Positions 28,855-37,916 of a stretch of 38,338 bases of DNA are shown in pieces (positions within the stretch are counted from its first letter, which is position 1; the number at the start of each line of letters is the position of its first letter). The position numbers were made by a program, and so were the translations under genes. This DNA is from Candidatus Bathyarchaeia archaeon (GTDB lineage: Archaea; Thermoproteota; Bathyarchaeia; Bathyarchaeales; Bathycorpusculaceae), in NCBI GenBank assembly GCA_049512075.1, contig JBEKXL010000022.1:1-38338 (forward strand), in the 5' to 3' direction. Under the pieces are notes generated by a model that was given only the letters and a program-made list of their open reading frames with translations, was not told where the DNA came from and did no database searches.

Positions 28855-29199
28855 ATGCAGCCACAGACCGGAGAACTTACGTCCGAGCCAGTGACGCTTG
28901 AAACTCAGAAAACACCGAAAACCTTCATACTGTATGAGGAGTACAGCCAGAGTGACATACTTGAGACAGTCAGAACACGCAGATTAGACTATGACAAGGC
29001 AACCCGAGAAAGACGGAAGGAACTGGAAGAAGAAGTTGAAACCGAGGTCAACAGCTTCCACAGGTGGCTTAAAGAAACGAAAAATCTCGAACCTAGTACC
29101 GCTCATTACCATTCAATCGCGCTTAAGAGCCTCCTCCTTGGGCTTCCAACAGGCGTCCAAATCGCCCAGCTCTTCAGTTTGGTGCTAGACAATCTGTGA
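28855..29199 (+). CDS. Hypothetical protein
   Basis: Charged helical ORF; SFHRWLKETKNLEPSTAHYH recalls integrase N-terminal SAM-like helices. Confidence 0.55.
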   Translation: MQPQTGELTSEPVTLETQKTPKTFILYEEYSQSDILETVRTRRLDYDKATRERRKELEEEVETEVNSFHRWLKETKNLEPSTAHYHSIALKSLLLGLPTGVQIAQLFSLVLDNL

Positions 29200-29336
29200 G
29201 AAAATCAGACCGGCAATATCCATTAGAGCAGCCCAGCAAGCCCTAATTTTTCTTGTCCATAGGTCTTCTATCCCGTCGCCACGTAACAGCATAAGAGTGA
29301 ACTTTGCTAATTCTAAGCGCGCCTATTTTGCTTTTT

Positions 29337-29819
29337 TCATCTGTTTTGCTCTGCGAATCGTTTCAGAACGTTTTTTGGCACAGGGTTGATATACTCTAGC
29401 CCAACCTGTCCGCAGGTTCGTTCAAAATCTGTGTCCGTCGTCACGATTCCTTTGGCCCTTTCTTGCAGCGCAAAAGCAAGATAAGCGCAGTCAAAGACAT
29501 CATGTTTCAGCTTCTCAGCCAATTCAAAACTCTCAACGATGGTCTCCCTTTGAAGACCGGTATAACACACCCGATCATACGCCTTAACGAAATGTTCAAT
29601 CGCCTTGGCGCTTTCTACCTGGTGGCAGCCCCACCTCCTCGTCATGATCCAATAAGCCCTGACTGGAAGAATATCCATTAGAACAGGGATGAATGCGCCT
29701 CTCAAACCTTCCTCAACAATCGGGGAAACAAATACATTGCCCGGGTGATCTTTCACCAAAAAGATTGCAAGAACATTGACGTCTAGAACCCTCTTTTCCT
29801 TATCACTATTACTCGCCAA
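29337..29819 (-). CDS. vapC: VapC-family PIN-domain toxin
   Basis: VLDVNVL, DVFDCAYLA, IVTTDTDF acidic residues. Confidence 0.88.
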   Translation of the reverse strand: MASNSDKEKRVLDVNVLAIFLVKDHPGNVFVSPIVEEGLRGAFIPVLMDILPVRAYWIMTRRWGCHQVESAKAIEHFVKAYDRVCYTGLQRETIVESFELAEKLKHDVFDCAYLAFALQERAKGIVTTDTDFERTCGQVGLEYINPVPKNVLKRFAEQNR

Positions 29820-30030
29820 AAGTCGCCTCTCCAGAATCCAAGAAGGCCTCTCTTCCCCACCTTCTCTTCTTCGAATTTACCCTGAACGCCCTCGGTACAA
29901 TAGGTTTCAGAAGAAGAACCCCCTTCTCTTCAACCAGCTCGAAGTCTGTTCCAGGCTTCAGGCCAAGCCTTTCTCTAGCTTCATTAGGAATCAAGACTCT
30001 GCCTCTTTCGTCCATTCTTGTTCTTCCCAC
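29809..30030 (-). CDS. vapB: AbrB/MazE-type antitoxin
   Basis: MDERGRVLIPNEARERLGLKPG; overlaps the PIN gene start. Confidence 0.9.
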   Translation of the reverse strand: MGRTRMDERGRVLIPNEARERLGLKPGTDFELVEEKGVLLLKPIVPRAFRVNSKKRRWGREAFLDSGEATFGE

Positions 30031-30291
30031 AATTTGTCACCCACAAAATCATAGGCATTGTACCCACTTAAACCTTTCTGAAAAATGGGCGGAAGCTCGG
30101 CCACGACATTTCGGGCTAGATATGTTTCCGACAGATATGAGGTTAGAAACTAGACGAATTTATTGAGCAATTAAAAGTCAGCGCGCGCGCTTTATGCGTT
30201 CTAGTTCGATTCGTTACTTTTTCTTTGGTTTTTTATGGTTGGGTTTTTTGGTAGAGAAGACTTATATGGCTGGATTATCCAACCATACCTC

Positions 30292-30867
30292 ATGCGTCGC
30301 TTCACGGTTCGTCATCTCGCGCTCTTCGCTGTTCTGGCTGCTTTGTGCACAGGTATCCAGTTGACGCCTCGTCCTCCGAACGTGGAGTTCACTACTTTGG
30401 TTTCTTTCTTGGCCAGCGCTGTTGTTGGAATGTCTTTCGGTGTCGGTTTGGGGGCTTTTGTAATGTTTATCAACGGATTTGTTTCGCCTTCAGGGTTTGC
30501 CGGCTTGATCATGCCGTTTCAAATGGTTGGAATGGCACTGGCAGGGGTTGCGGGCGGCCTGTACAGGCGCTCGAGGAATGGTTCTTATAATGCGCAGTCG
30601 TGTTTTGAAACGGCGGTTCTGGGGGCCTTTCTTACCCTTGTGTATGATGCACTCACCAATTTTGCTTATGCAATGCCTTCAATGTTGAACGGTCAACCAG
30701 TTTTGCCGACGTATGTGGCCGTACTCGTTTCTGGTGCCTTTCTTTCGTTAACACATGTTGTTTCCAACACTGTCATCTTTGGAGCAGGTTTCGTCCCTGT
30801 CACAAACGCCATGCAAAAACTTCTTGGAGGTGAACAAGTCTGGAAAAAAGAGTCTTTACATACGTGA
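30292..30867 (+). CDS. ECF transporter S component (CbrT-like, cobalamin candidate)
   Basis: A..AAL first helix, PNVE motif, YDALTN, HVVSN; about 6 TM. Confidence 0.75.
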   Translation: MRRFTVRHLALFAVLAALCTGIQLTPRPPNVEFTTLVSFLASAVVGMSFGVGLGAFVMFINGFVSPSGFAGLIMPFQMVGMALAGVAGGLYRRSRNGSYNAQSCFETAVLGAFLTLVYDALTNFAYAMPSMLNGQPVLPTYVAVLVSGAFLSLTHVVSNTVIFGAGFVPVTNAMQKLLGGEQVWKKESLHT

Positions 30868-31319
30868 TCTTAGCTCTTCTGGTCTGGGCAATTTGCGCCA
30901 CTGCCATGGCTGGTTACTACTTGGCGCAATACGACACTTACCGAAATGAATACAACAACCTGCTGAGACAGGTAAACATGTCAATACGAGTCAACATTCT
31001 TGTTAGTTACGGCAATGGAACAAGGACATGGTTCAACAATACTTTGCTGTCTGTCGGTTCAACAGCGTTCAGTGCCATACTTGCAGTATCAGACGTAAAG
31101 TACAAGGACTACGGAGGAACATTGGGGGTACTGGTCACATCCATAAACGGCCTAGCTGGCGATTCCACGACGCACGGATGGTTCTACTGGTACAGAGAAA
31201 CCGGCAATTCAACATGGATGTCCCCGAATTTTTCTTGCGCACAACAAATACTTCATCAAGACGACACTATTGCCTTCTCCTACGAAAGTTTCAACCCGTG
31301 GCCAACATCGCCTTCATGA
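30840..31319 (+). CDS. DUF4430 (transcobalamin C-terminal-like) membrane-anchored protein
   Basis: LVTSINGL, GWFYW, DDTIAFSY; start proposed at CTG 30840 behind GGAGGTGA. Confidence 0.75.
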   Translation: MEKRVFTYVILALLVWAICATAMAGYYLAQYDTYRNEYNNLLRQVNMSIRVNILVSYGNGTRTWFNNTLLSVGSTAFSAILAVSDVKYKDYGGTLGVLVTSINGLAGDSTTHGWFYWYRETGNSTWMSPNFSCAQQILHQDDTIAFSYESFNPWPTSPS

Positions 31320-31576
31320 GGCAGCCGTTCTTCCTTCCGAAACATCGTATTTCTTTTTTCACAGCCGTTCGGTTGAACACTTTAAAAGTGAAAATTGCTA
31401 CTATGAGTTTATGGTTCAAAACAATCATCGCACATCGGAGGGCGGGTGACATTGGAATTTCTTAAGGTGGTCCAAGCTGCGGGCAAATCTGCGCTCAGCC
31501 TCACACCTTGGTCAGGGCGCGCTTATCCCTCCCACCATACTAACGAATTACTATCTCTGACTAACAACAGCCTATA

Positions 31577-32245
31577 ATGAGGTTAATACGATTGAACCCT
31601 CTTGAAACAATCGGTAAGGTGGCAGGAAAAATCGCGCCTGGACGTTTGCCTTCCTTTGCTGAGGCCCACGTCATCAAGGCTTTGGAAGAGATCGGCCTCC
31701 AGGAAAACGTGGGCAGGCTGAAACTCTCAAAAGACCTCCACCTCGGCGAAGGCGAAGCCAGAACTCTGGTCAAACATCTCAAGAACGAAGGGCTGATTGA
31801 AGTTTCAAAATCCGGCATTTCGCTGTCTGCAGCTGGAAAAAGACTGTTGTCAGGCCTGAGAGTTCTCGTGAGCGAACAAATAGATGTTCCTTCCACGCCC
31901 TTGACAGTCGGGCCCTTCAATGTTGCAGTCCGAGTTAAAGGAATAAAAGACTCTGTACAATACGGTTTGGAACAGAGAGACGCCGCCATAATGGCGGGAG
32001 CAAAGGGAGCCACCACTCTAATCTTCACCAAGAACAGGCTCACTATGCCCGGCACGGGGAAAGATGTGTCAAAAAGCGATCCCTCCATTCTGGCTTCTCT
32101 GTCAAAACTTGATTTGAACGAGGGCGATGTCATAATAATAGGCAGCGCAGACGAAAAGATCAAGGCAGAATTCGGGGCAAAGACGGCGGCCCTCGAACTT
32201 CTCAAATCAAAAAACAAAGCCAACCTCAAGAGAAAAAGTGCGTGA
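31577..32245 (+). CDS. wHTH + DUF4443-type regulator-like protein
   Basis: GRLKLSKDLHLGEGEARTL, GLEQRDAAIMAGAKGATTL. Confidence 0.8.
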   Translation: MRLIRLNPLETIGKVAGKIAPGRLPSFAEAHVIKALEEIGLQENVGRLKLSKDLHLGEGEARTLVKHLKNEGLIEVSKSGISLSAAGKRLLSGLRVLVSEQIDVPSTPLTVGPFNVAVRVKGIKDSVQYGLEQRDAAIMAGAKGATTLIFTKNRLTMPGTGKDVSKSDPSILASLSKLDLNEGDVIIIGSADEKIKAEFGAKTAALELLKSKNKANLKRKSA

Positions 32246-32666
32246 AGTTCATTCAAACTCGGTACCGCGCGCGCCCTAACTCCTTGCACAGATTCATCTT
32301 TGCGAGAAGCCAATCGTGCCTAAATGCATTAACAGCGCGCGCGGTTCTGTTACCTCTATGTCTGTTTCATCTCCCTGTTACTTTTCGTCTGTTGGCTCAC
32401 CTTCTAAATGGTTCTGAAGTTTGCGTCGGATTCTTCTCCGTGTAAAAAATCGTCGGATGGCTCAGTATGGCGCTAAATTCTTTTATACGACTTAGCGACA
32501 AGGTACTGTTACCTCTTCGGTTGACGAGCCTATTTCTTGATGCTGTTACTTTTCGGTTGATAACATTACTACGAGCATACTGAGAGTCTCAATAAGAAAA
32601 CAGCATAAGTATTCATAGGAAATAAAATTCATAAAGTTCACTCACTCAATACGATTGGGGAGGCAA

Positions 32667-32834
32667 ATGCCCACAAAGCCTAAGAAAGAAAAGTCATTTG
32701 CCGATTTGGTCAGTGACACTTGGAGAGGCAAACCAAGAACAAGAGAAATAGCAGTGTCAAAAAGCATGCGAACGCTTGCCGATGGCAGAAAGGTTCCCGT
32801 AAAAGCACATATTAGAGAGATAGAACAGAAGTAG
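32667..32834 (+). CDS. Small basic protein, 55 aa (below the ORF track cutoff)
   Basis: GGGGAGG SD then MPTKPKKEKSFADLVSDTWRGKPRTREIAVSKSMRTLADGRKVPVKAHIREIEQK*. Confidence 0.6.
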   Translation: MPTKPKKEKSFADLVSDTWRGKPRTREIAVSKSMRTLADGRKVPVKAHIREIEQK

Positions 32835-32940
32835 TGATGTAAGTCATCGGTTGGGTTCTGTGAAGTCTGCGTCTAGTTTTGGGGGCATGCGAAAATTCGT
32901 CGGATGCTTTGCCGAAACGAGCCCATATGCCTTTTTCTCT

Positions 32941-33465
32941 CTATTCTTCCTTTTGGTTTGTTTCTAGCAGGTGTTTGGCAAGGGTTGAGAAGGTTAGGGT
33001 TCGATAGTGGAATTTGTCGGCAAGGTCGACAATGAAGCTTTCCATCCTATTCACATCTGTGTATTGACTCTCTTTCATTTCATTCATGAGTTCCCTGTAA
33101 GATGAGTAGTCCTTATGGAATGACCCCATGAATGCGTCGTAGTTCATCCCGATTCCTCTTTCAACGAGAACTATGTTAGATGGGAGAGAGGAAGCCCTCT
33201 CTTGAGCGTATTTGATTGCCTTTTCCTTATCGCTCTTGCGGATACCTTGTTTCCATGAGAAAAAAGTTAATGCAAACAGGTGATAACCTATTTTGTTGAA
33301 ATTGGGAATAATCGTGTATTCAGAGATGTAGCCTTCTTTTTCCAGTCTTGCTTTTATTCGTGATACTGTGGGCTGAGAAACGCCCAATGCCTTGGCAAGC
33401 TGTCTATCGCTCCTACAACTGTTTGTCATCAACTCAGAAATCAATCTCAGCTCAACATCTTTCAT
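32941..33465 (-). CDS. Lrp/AsnC family transcriptional regulator
   Basis: RSDRQLAKALGVSQPTVSR..LEKEGYI..YTIIPNFNKIGY. Confidence 0.9.
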   Translation of the reverse strand: MKDVELRLISELMTNSCRSDRQLAKALGVSQPTVSRIKARLEKEGYISEYTIIPNFNKIGYHLFALTFFSWKQGIRKSDKEKAIKYAQERASSLPSNIVLVERGIGMNYDAFMGSFHKDYSSYRELMNEMKESQYTDVNRMESFIVDLADKFHYRTLTFSTLAKHLLETNQKEE

Positions 33466-33706
33466 AATACCAACTCACAATCATTGCGCATGGAACACGG
33501 TTAAGCTTTTTGTTTCAAATGCACGCTAAACTCAAAGGAGCCCTATGTAGTTTTTCAGATTTTTCTTCTGTGAGTCGGTTTGAGTTACCACAGACGTAGC
33601 GCGCGCGCTAAAATGAGACTTAATGATTTGGTTTACAAAAACAGCTATTAGACGGATTCACGAATTTATTGTGCCAGTTTGAAGATTGCGGAGTGGTGCC
33701 GATTAA

Positions 33707-34384
33707 GTGGTTAGCCTTGTCTCGGTCTTTAGAAGAAAACTGTTTAGTTTGGTCTTGACTTTCAATTGCCTTCTGTGCATAGTGTATGCGATCGGACTCT
33801 TGGCGGGTTTTTATGAGGCTAATTGGAAGCTTTATCCGCCGTATCTGGTTGATGGTTCCCTTTGCTGGGTGATAATTCTAGCTTCGATTGTAAACATTTT
33901 TCCGGCCGTGAGCGTTGGTAGAGTGAAAATTGGAAGGTTATGGTTTCATCACTGCGTTTATGGGTTCGTAGTCTTGGTTTTATCCGCTATTATTCTAAAG
34001 ATGTCCACATCTGTTCCTCTAGTCAATCTATTCACGGCACGCAACGCTAGCCTGGCGATTAATGTTGGACGATTCTTTGTTTTAGGCGGTTTGACTCTTG
34101 TCTTAGATGATTTTGCCGATATCTCCATACGGTTGAGATCCGTTCTAAGTGTCTTGAAATCAAAGGCTTATCAAGCACGAAAAATTATCCACGCGACTCA
34201 ATGCCTCACGGGTCTTTTGTCTTTCTACATTTTTGTATGTGTCAGCCTCTATATTGCACAAAACCCTGCACAGGCCACCTTGGGAAATTTCATCCTAGCG
34301 GGCACTTTGCTTGTCGCAAGCCTCACCTCCGTTGGAGGTCTAGAACGAAAGATATGGCTAAACATCACACCTGAAAAAGTTTGA
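33707..34384 (+). CDS. Multi-pass membrane protein of unknown function
   Basis: About 6 hydrophobic helices; WFHH and LVLDD polar motifs. Confidence 0.7.
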   Translation: MVSLVSVFRRKLFSLVLTFNCLLCIVYAIGLLAGFYEANWKLYPPYLVDGSLCWVIILASIVNIFPAVSVGRVKIGRLWFHHCVYGFVVLVLSAIILKMSTSVPLVNLFTARNASLAINVGRFFVLGGLTLVLDDFADISIRLRSVLSVLKSKAYQARKIIHATQCLTGLLSFYIFVCVSLYIAQNPAQATLGNFILAGTLLVASLTSVGGLERKIWLNITPEKV

Positions 34385-34782
34385 GGCTGCAGAAGCGAAT
34401 AGCACGTGCGTTGAGTGATTCCTCTTGCAGATATGGAAGTGGAGCAGAAGTTTCATGGTGCTTTAGTGCAACGGCTAGCTAGGTTTGTTGAAGTTTTGCG
34501 AGTTTAGCGGGGTTTGGGTTTGGGGGTAAAGTTTTATCTTGTGCTGCTGCTGTGATGGAAGAGAAACGCACGAGGCAAAACAAGAGTTATCAGCACCTCG
34601 CTGGTCGCGACGTGCCTGTTGACAGACAGGCAGAGTGCCACCCATAGTCCCTACGCTCCTATACTTCATACAGCACTCAGATACGGAGCTTGGGGACTCT
34701 GGGTGGCTGGTAAGAGGCAACTCAGGTTGAAATGCTGTTGGAAAAGAGGCAAGGCATGACGCATTTCAAAGCCCTCTATATA

Positions 34783-34844
34783 GAAAGGAGAAAGACTACG
34801 TACTTTCTCCTTTCCGAATTAAGGGAAATCGATTACCCTTAATT
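34783..34844. repeat. Two adjacent inverted repeats
   Basis: GAAAGGAGAAAG-N8-CTTTCTCCTTTC (34783-34814) and near-perfect 28-bp palindrome AATTAAGGGAAATCGATTACCCTTAATT (34817-34844). Confidence 0.9.
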
Positions 34845-35072
34845 ATTTCCCCTAGGCTACTTCAAGAGGGCAAAAGAGGGTAAAATGGGAATTTTAGGCT
34901 AAATTCAACATCAAGAGGGGTTAAAGGCTTTCAGGAAGGGGTGAAAAGAGTTCAGGAGAACCTGCGGAATGAAAGAAAAAAGTGGAATCCCAACTCGTAA
35001 TTTTTTCAACGAAGTGAAGCGTTTTCAAGTTTTATATAGACGAGAAATGTTAGAACTAATGAGGTTGTAACA

Positions 35073-35546
35073 TTGGCAGAAGAGGGAGATATCTGCAAAG
35101 AATCCATGCTTCCTATAAAACTGCTAATAAAGAGAAAGGATTTCAGAATCTACGCTGAGGGCACGGTTTCCGCAATCTACAAAGAACTTGATTCTCTTGC
35201 TTGCTTTGCGGACAAGGTTGCAGAGAAACTGGAAATTGGTGAAGAATCCCTAGCAATTGGACACGAACCTGAAGTCTCCCCCGAAGAAATTGAGAAAATC
35301 TCAACCGCCGACATACCTTCCATAAAATCCTCTAAACGGACGATTGAAAATCTGGAGTCTTTGTTCAATACTTCATGGGGTAAGACACCAAGAACATTAG
35401 CTGAAATTATGAAAGCTCTTGAGGTCAATGCTATTCCCGACCGAATGGCCTCTGTCAACGTTTATCTAACAAGGCTCGTCCAAAGAGGGAAGCTTCGCAG
35501 AATAGAAAAAGAAGGAAAATATGTGTATTTCAAGCTGCCAGAGTGA
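35073..35546 (+). CDS. Hypothetical protein with C-terminal wHTH
   Basis: PRTLAEIMKALE...YLTRLVQRGKLRRIEKEGKYVYF. Confidence 0.7.
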   Translation: MAEEGDICKESMLPIKLLIKRKDFRIYAEGTVSAIYKELDSLACFADKVAEKLEIGEESLAIGHEPEVSPEEIEKISTADIPSIKSSKRTIENLESLFNTSWGKTPRTLAEIMKALEVNAIPDRMASVNVYLTRLVQRGKLRRIEKEGKYVYFKLPE

Positions 35547-36442
35547 ATTACTTGTCGGGGCATTATCCACCTGAGACAGGCAGAGCGATGGAAGATTCAT
35601 TTGCTGACCTTCTGGAGAGAATTGGCTATCGTGTTCAGAGAAAACGTGATGTCGAATCTGGTTTAGATATTGTAGCTACATTCAAAGGTGAACCCATCAA
35701 TCCCAAACCTTCAGGACTATGCAAGTTGTTAAGACCATCATTCTCGCCATCGGGTACGACGGCTTTTAGTTTGAAAAAGGGAGATTTCACACCCAAAGAC
35801 GTTAGCGAGCTTGTGGAGAAATTTCACAAAGCTAGGAAATCAGAAAGCGACCCTCTCAAAACACTCGAAGGTATGGTTATGGTCACGAATTACACCAGAA
35901 CCGAGGCGGATATTGACCACTTGTTATCTGAGCATGTCTATTGTTGGGAAGGACGTAGGTTGACCTTCTATTCTGCAAAAGCAAGAGCAGTTCAGAATCT
36001 GGGCCTAGCAGGTCCCACGCAAGAAATACTTGTTGAAGGAGTGCCTAGCAGTTCTTATCTTATTCAAACCGAATCGTCGAAAAGTGCAATTGTCGTGAAT
36101 ATTGCCATTTTTGTCGATACCCACGATAAGAATCTCGTCGTAAGCTCTGACCATACTGACAGACTACTCAAATTTATTTACGGAAAATCGCTCAAACCTA
36201 TCGTTGATTCAACTCAACTTGTCGTAAATGTACTGTCCGAAATTCATGTGCTAGGTCTAGCGGACGAAACTCTCGTTAGTACGGCGTACAATCAGTATGC
36301 TGAAGAATTTTCTTGTCATCCCACGGTATTCTTCCTTGAGAAACCCATGGTGTTTCAGTATGGCTCTGCACCTTGGGCTGTATTGTTTCAGTGGCAAAGA
36401 GCACAACGCTTTTCTTCGCTTCTTCCTCCTGAGAGAACGTGA
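35543..36442 (+). CDS. Restriction-endonuclease-like (PD-(D/E)xK, Mrr-like) protein
   Basis: EDSFADLLERIGYRV...GLDIVA...FSLKKG...MVMVTN; coupled to the upstream gene by GTGA overlap. Confidence 0.6.
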   Translation: MNYLSGHYPPETGRAMEDSFADLLERIGYRVQRKRDVESGLDIVATFKGEPINPKPSGLCKLLRPSFSPSGTTAFSLKKGDFTPKDVSELVEKFHKARKSESDPLKTLEGMVMVTNYTRTEADIDHLLSEHVYCWEGRRLTFYSAKARAVQNLGLAGPTQEILVEGVPSSSYLIQTESSKSAIVVNIAIFVDTHDKNLVVSSDHTDRLLKFIYGKSLKPIVDSTQLVVNVLSEIHVLGLADETLVSTAYNQYAEEFSCHPTVFFLEKPMVFQYGSAPWAVLFQWQRAQRFSSLLPPERT

Positions 36443-36464
36443 CTGAAGAGCTAGCTAGCAAGTA

Positions 36465-36794
36465 TCAACATTTGACTAGAAAATCTCTTGCAAACCTGTT
36501 TGCAGCTTTTTCCTCTGTTCTCTCAGGAATATCAACGTCATTGATGTAGGCGATGTGATGATACAACTCGTGCAACACTGTTCCCTTTGTCAATCCTCTC
36601 TTTGTGAAGTAAGCCCTATTCTGGAAGTATACGGCAATGTCTCCGTTTCCAACCTTTCTACCTTTCAGTATTATTCTCATTGGTCTTACCCCGTAGTGCT
36701 TCGTTAGGTAGTTGACCGCTTCCTGACAACCTTTAAGCTCATAGATTAGAATAAATCTCTCACGTACTCTTTTAGAAGGAAGCCTTATTCGCAT
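36465..36794 (-). CDS. ImmA/IrrE-like HExxH metallopeptidase
   Basis: TVLHELYHH...EEKAANRFA. Confidence 0.75.
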   Translation of the reverse strand: MRIRLPSKRVRERFILIYELKGCQEAVNYLTKHYGVRPMRIILKGRKVGNGDIAVYFQNRAYFTKRGLTKGTVLHELYHHIAYINDVDIPERTEEKAANRFARDFLVKC

Positions 36795-37122
36795 AAGGAC
36801 ACCCTAGGACAGTGCGACTATCCTAGGATTCCACGTAGGTTTTTCGTCTCTCAGGTATCTAGCGAACAGAAAAGCCTCTTCGTTAATCAGCGCGCGCGCA
36901 CAAGGGTAAAGTTTTATTCCTAAATGTCATGGTGTTGATACTGAGATGGAGTAATGGGTGGAAAAGGTAGAGATAAACGTAAAAGAAGAGAGAAACGTAG
37001 GGAAAGACGAAGAATGAGCAGATGATAAACAATGGTTGTTAGAAGGTAAAGTTTTATCCCAAACCCAAGCGCGCTTTGACTTCTGAACATGAAAGATTAA
37101 GGGAGATAGTATTGCTAATCAT

Positions 37123-37245
37123 CTAAGTCTCTTCATCTGCTATTGCATCATAACTAGTTTCTTCTCTGTAGGCTCCACATTCTTCGCAGATGTCAACGTC
37201 TTCTGGATTCAGATGGTCACAAATCGGGCATCTCCATTTCTTCAT
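37123..37245 (-). CDS. 40-aa RanBP2-type zinc finger microprotein
   Basis: MKKWRCPICDHLNPEDVDICEECGAYREETSYDAIADEET fits W-x-C-x2-C-x3-N-x6-C-x2-C. Confidence 0.75.
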   Translation of the reverse strand: MKKWRCPICDHLNPEDVDICEECGAYREETSYDAIADEET

Positions 37246-37405
37246 TGTTCACGGCCTCCCCCTTATTCCGTAGCGTCTCAAGGGGTCTTCTGAGCCCCTC
37301 TTCGTCTATCTCACCTTTCTCGTCCTTGAGTTCGTTTGCTATAACCAAGAATTTCCTCACTCGTTCTCTTTCTTCTTCATTCCATTCTGGCAGGTTCCAC
37401 TTCAT
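37217..37405 (-). CDS. Hypothetical small acidic protein
   Basis: 62-aa ORF upstream of and overlapping the zinc finger gene. Confidence 0.5.
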   Translation of the reverse strand: MKWNLPEWNEEERERVRKFLVIANELKDEKGEIDEEGLRRPLETLRNKGEAVNNEEMEMPDL

Positions 37406-37916
37406 TCGTATGGCAGCCTTTTCCCCTTCTTTTCAGCCCTTTTTCTCAACATATTATACCAAGGGGTAATTTTTTTTAAATTTACCCCCTTAGTAGTATC
37501 GTATATGATCTGAGAGCTTTCTTGGTTGAAGAGCCTTCTTGAAGACATAACAGCGAACCGTAGCGGATATTACTGCTAGTTTTTCCGAGCACGAAGCACT
37601 ACGTGCCTCTCCTTGTGTGTACCACCTGAGTGGTGCCGAGCGCCCAGCGAGGCACTCCAGAAAACCATTAATCAGAAGCAACACACACAAGGGTAAAGTT
37701 TTATCCAACCAACCACTACCACAGTCACTCACTCGACCAATCACTCAAACTCAGTCACTGCCACTGCCAACTCCTACCTCTATACCTATACCTACCTACC
37801 CATATACAACGCACACGCACACGGAGTGAGTGTGAGAAGGACAAGCACGCGCTAGGCATGCACTGCAAACGCGAATTTCTTCTTCAGTTTCGAATCGCCC
37901 TATCCCTTCAAACTGA

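Larger units (their letters stand above)
34524..37704 (+). repeat. Dispersed direct repeat GGTAAAGTTTTAT x4
   Basis: Copies at 34524-34537, 36904-36917, 37045-37057, 37691-37704; all intergenic, same orientation. Confidence 0.85.

Noticed and set aside
31437-31532. Cobalamin riboswitch for the ECF genes
   Set aside because: Lies downstream of those genes and lacks the B12-box consensus
31561-32313. 250-aa minus-strand ORF
   Set aside because: Antisense to a recognisable DUF4443-type gene
37670-37830. C/A-rich low-complexity tract and overlapping ORFs 37490-37744 and 37617-37829
   Set aside because: No regular period or protein-like signal; the ORFs look like compositional artefacts
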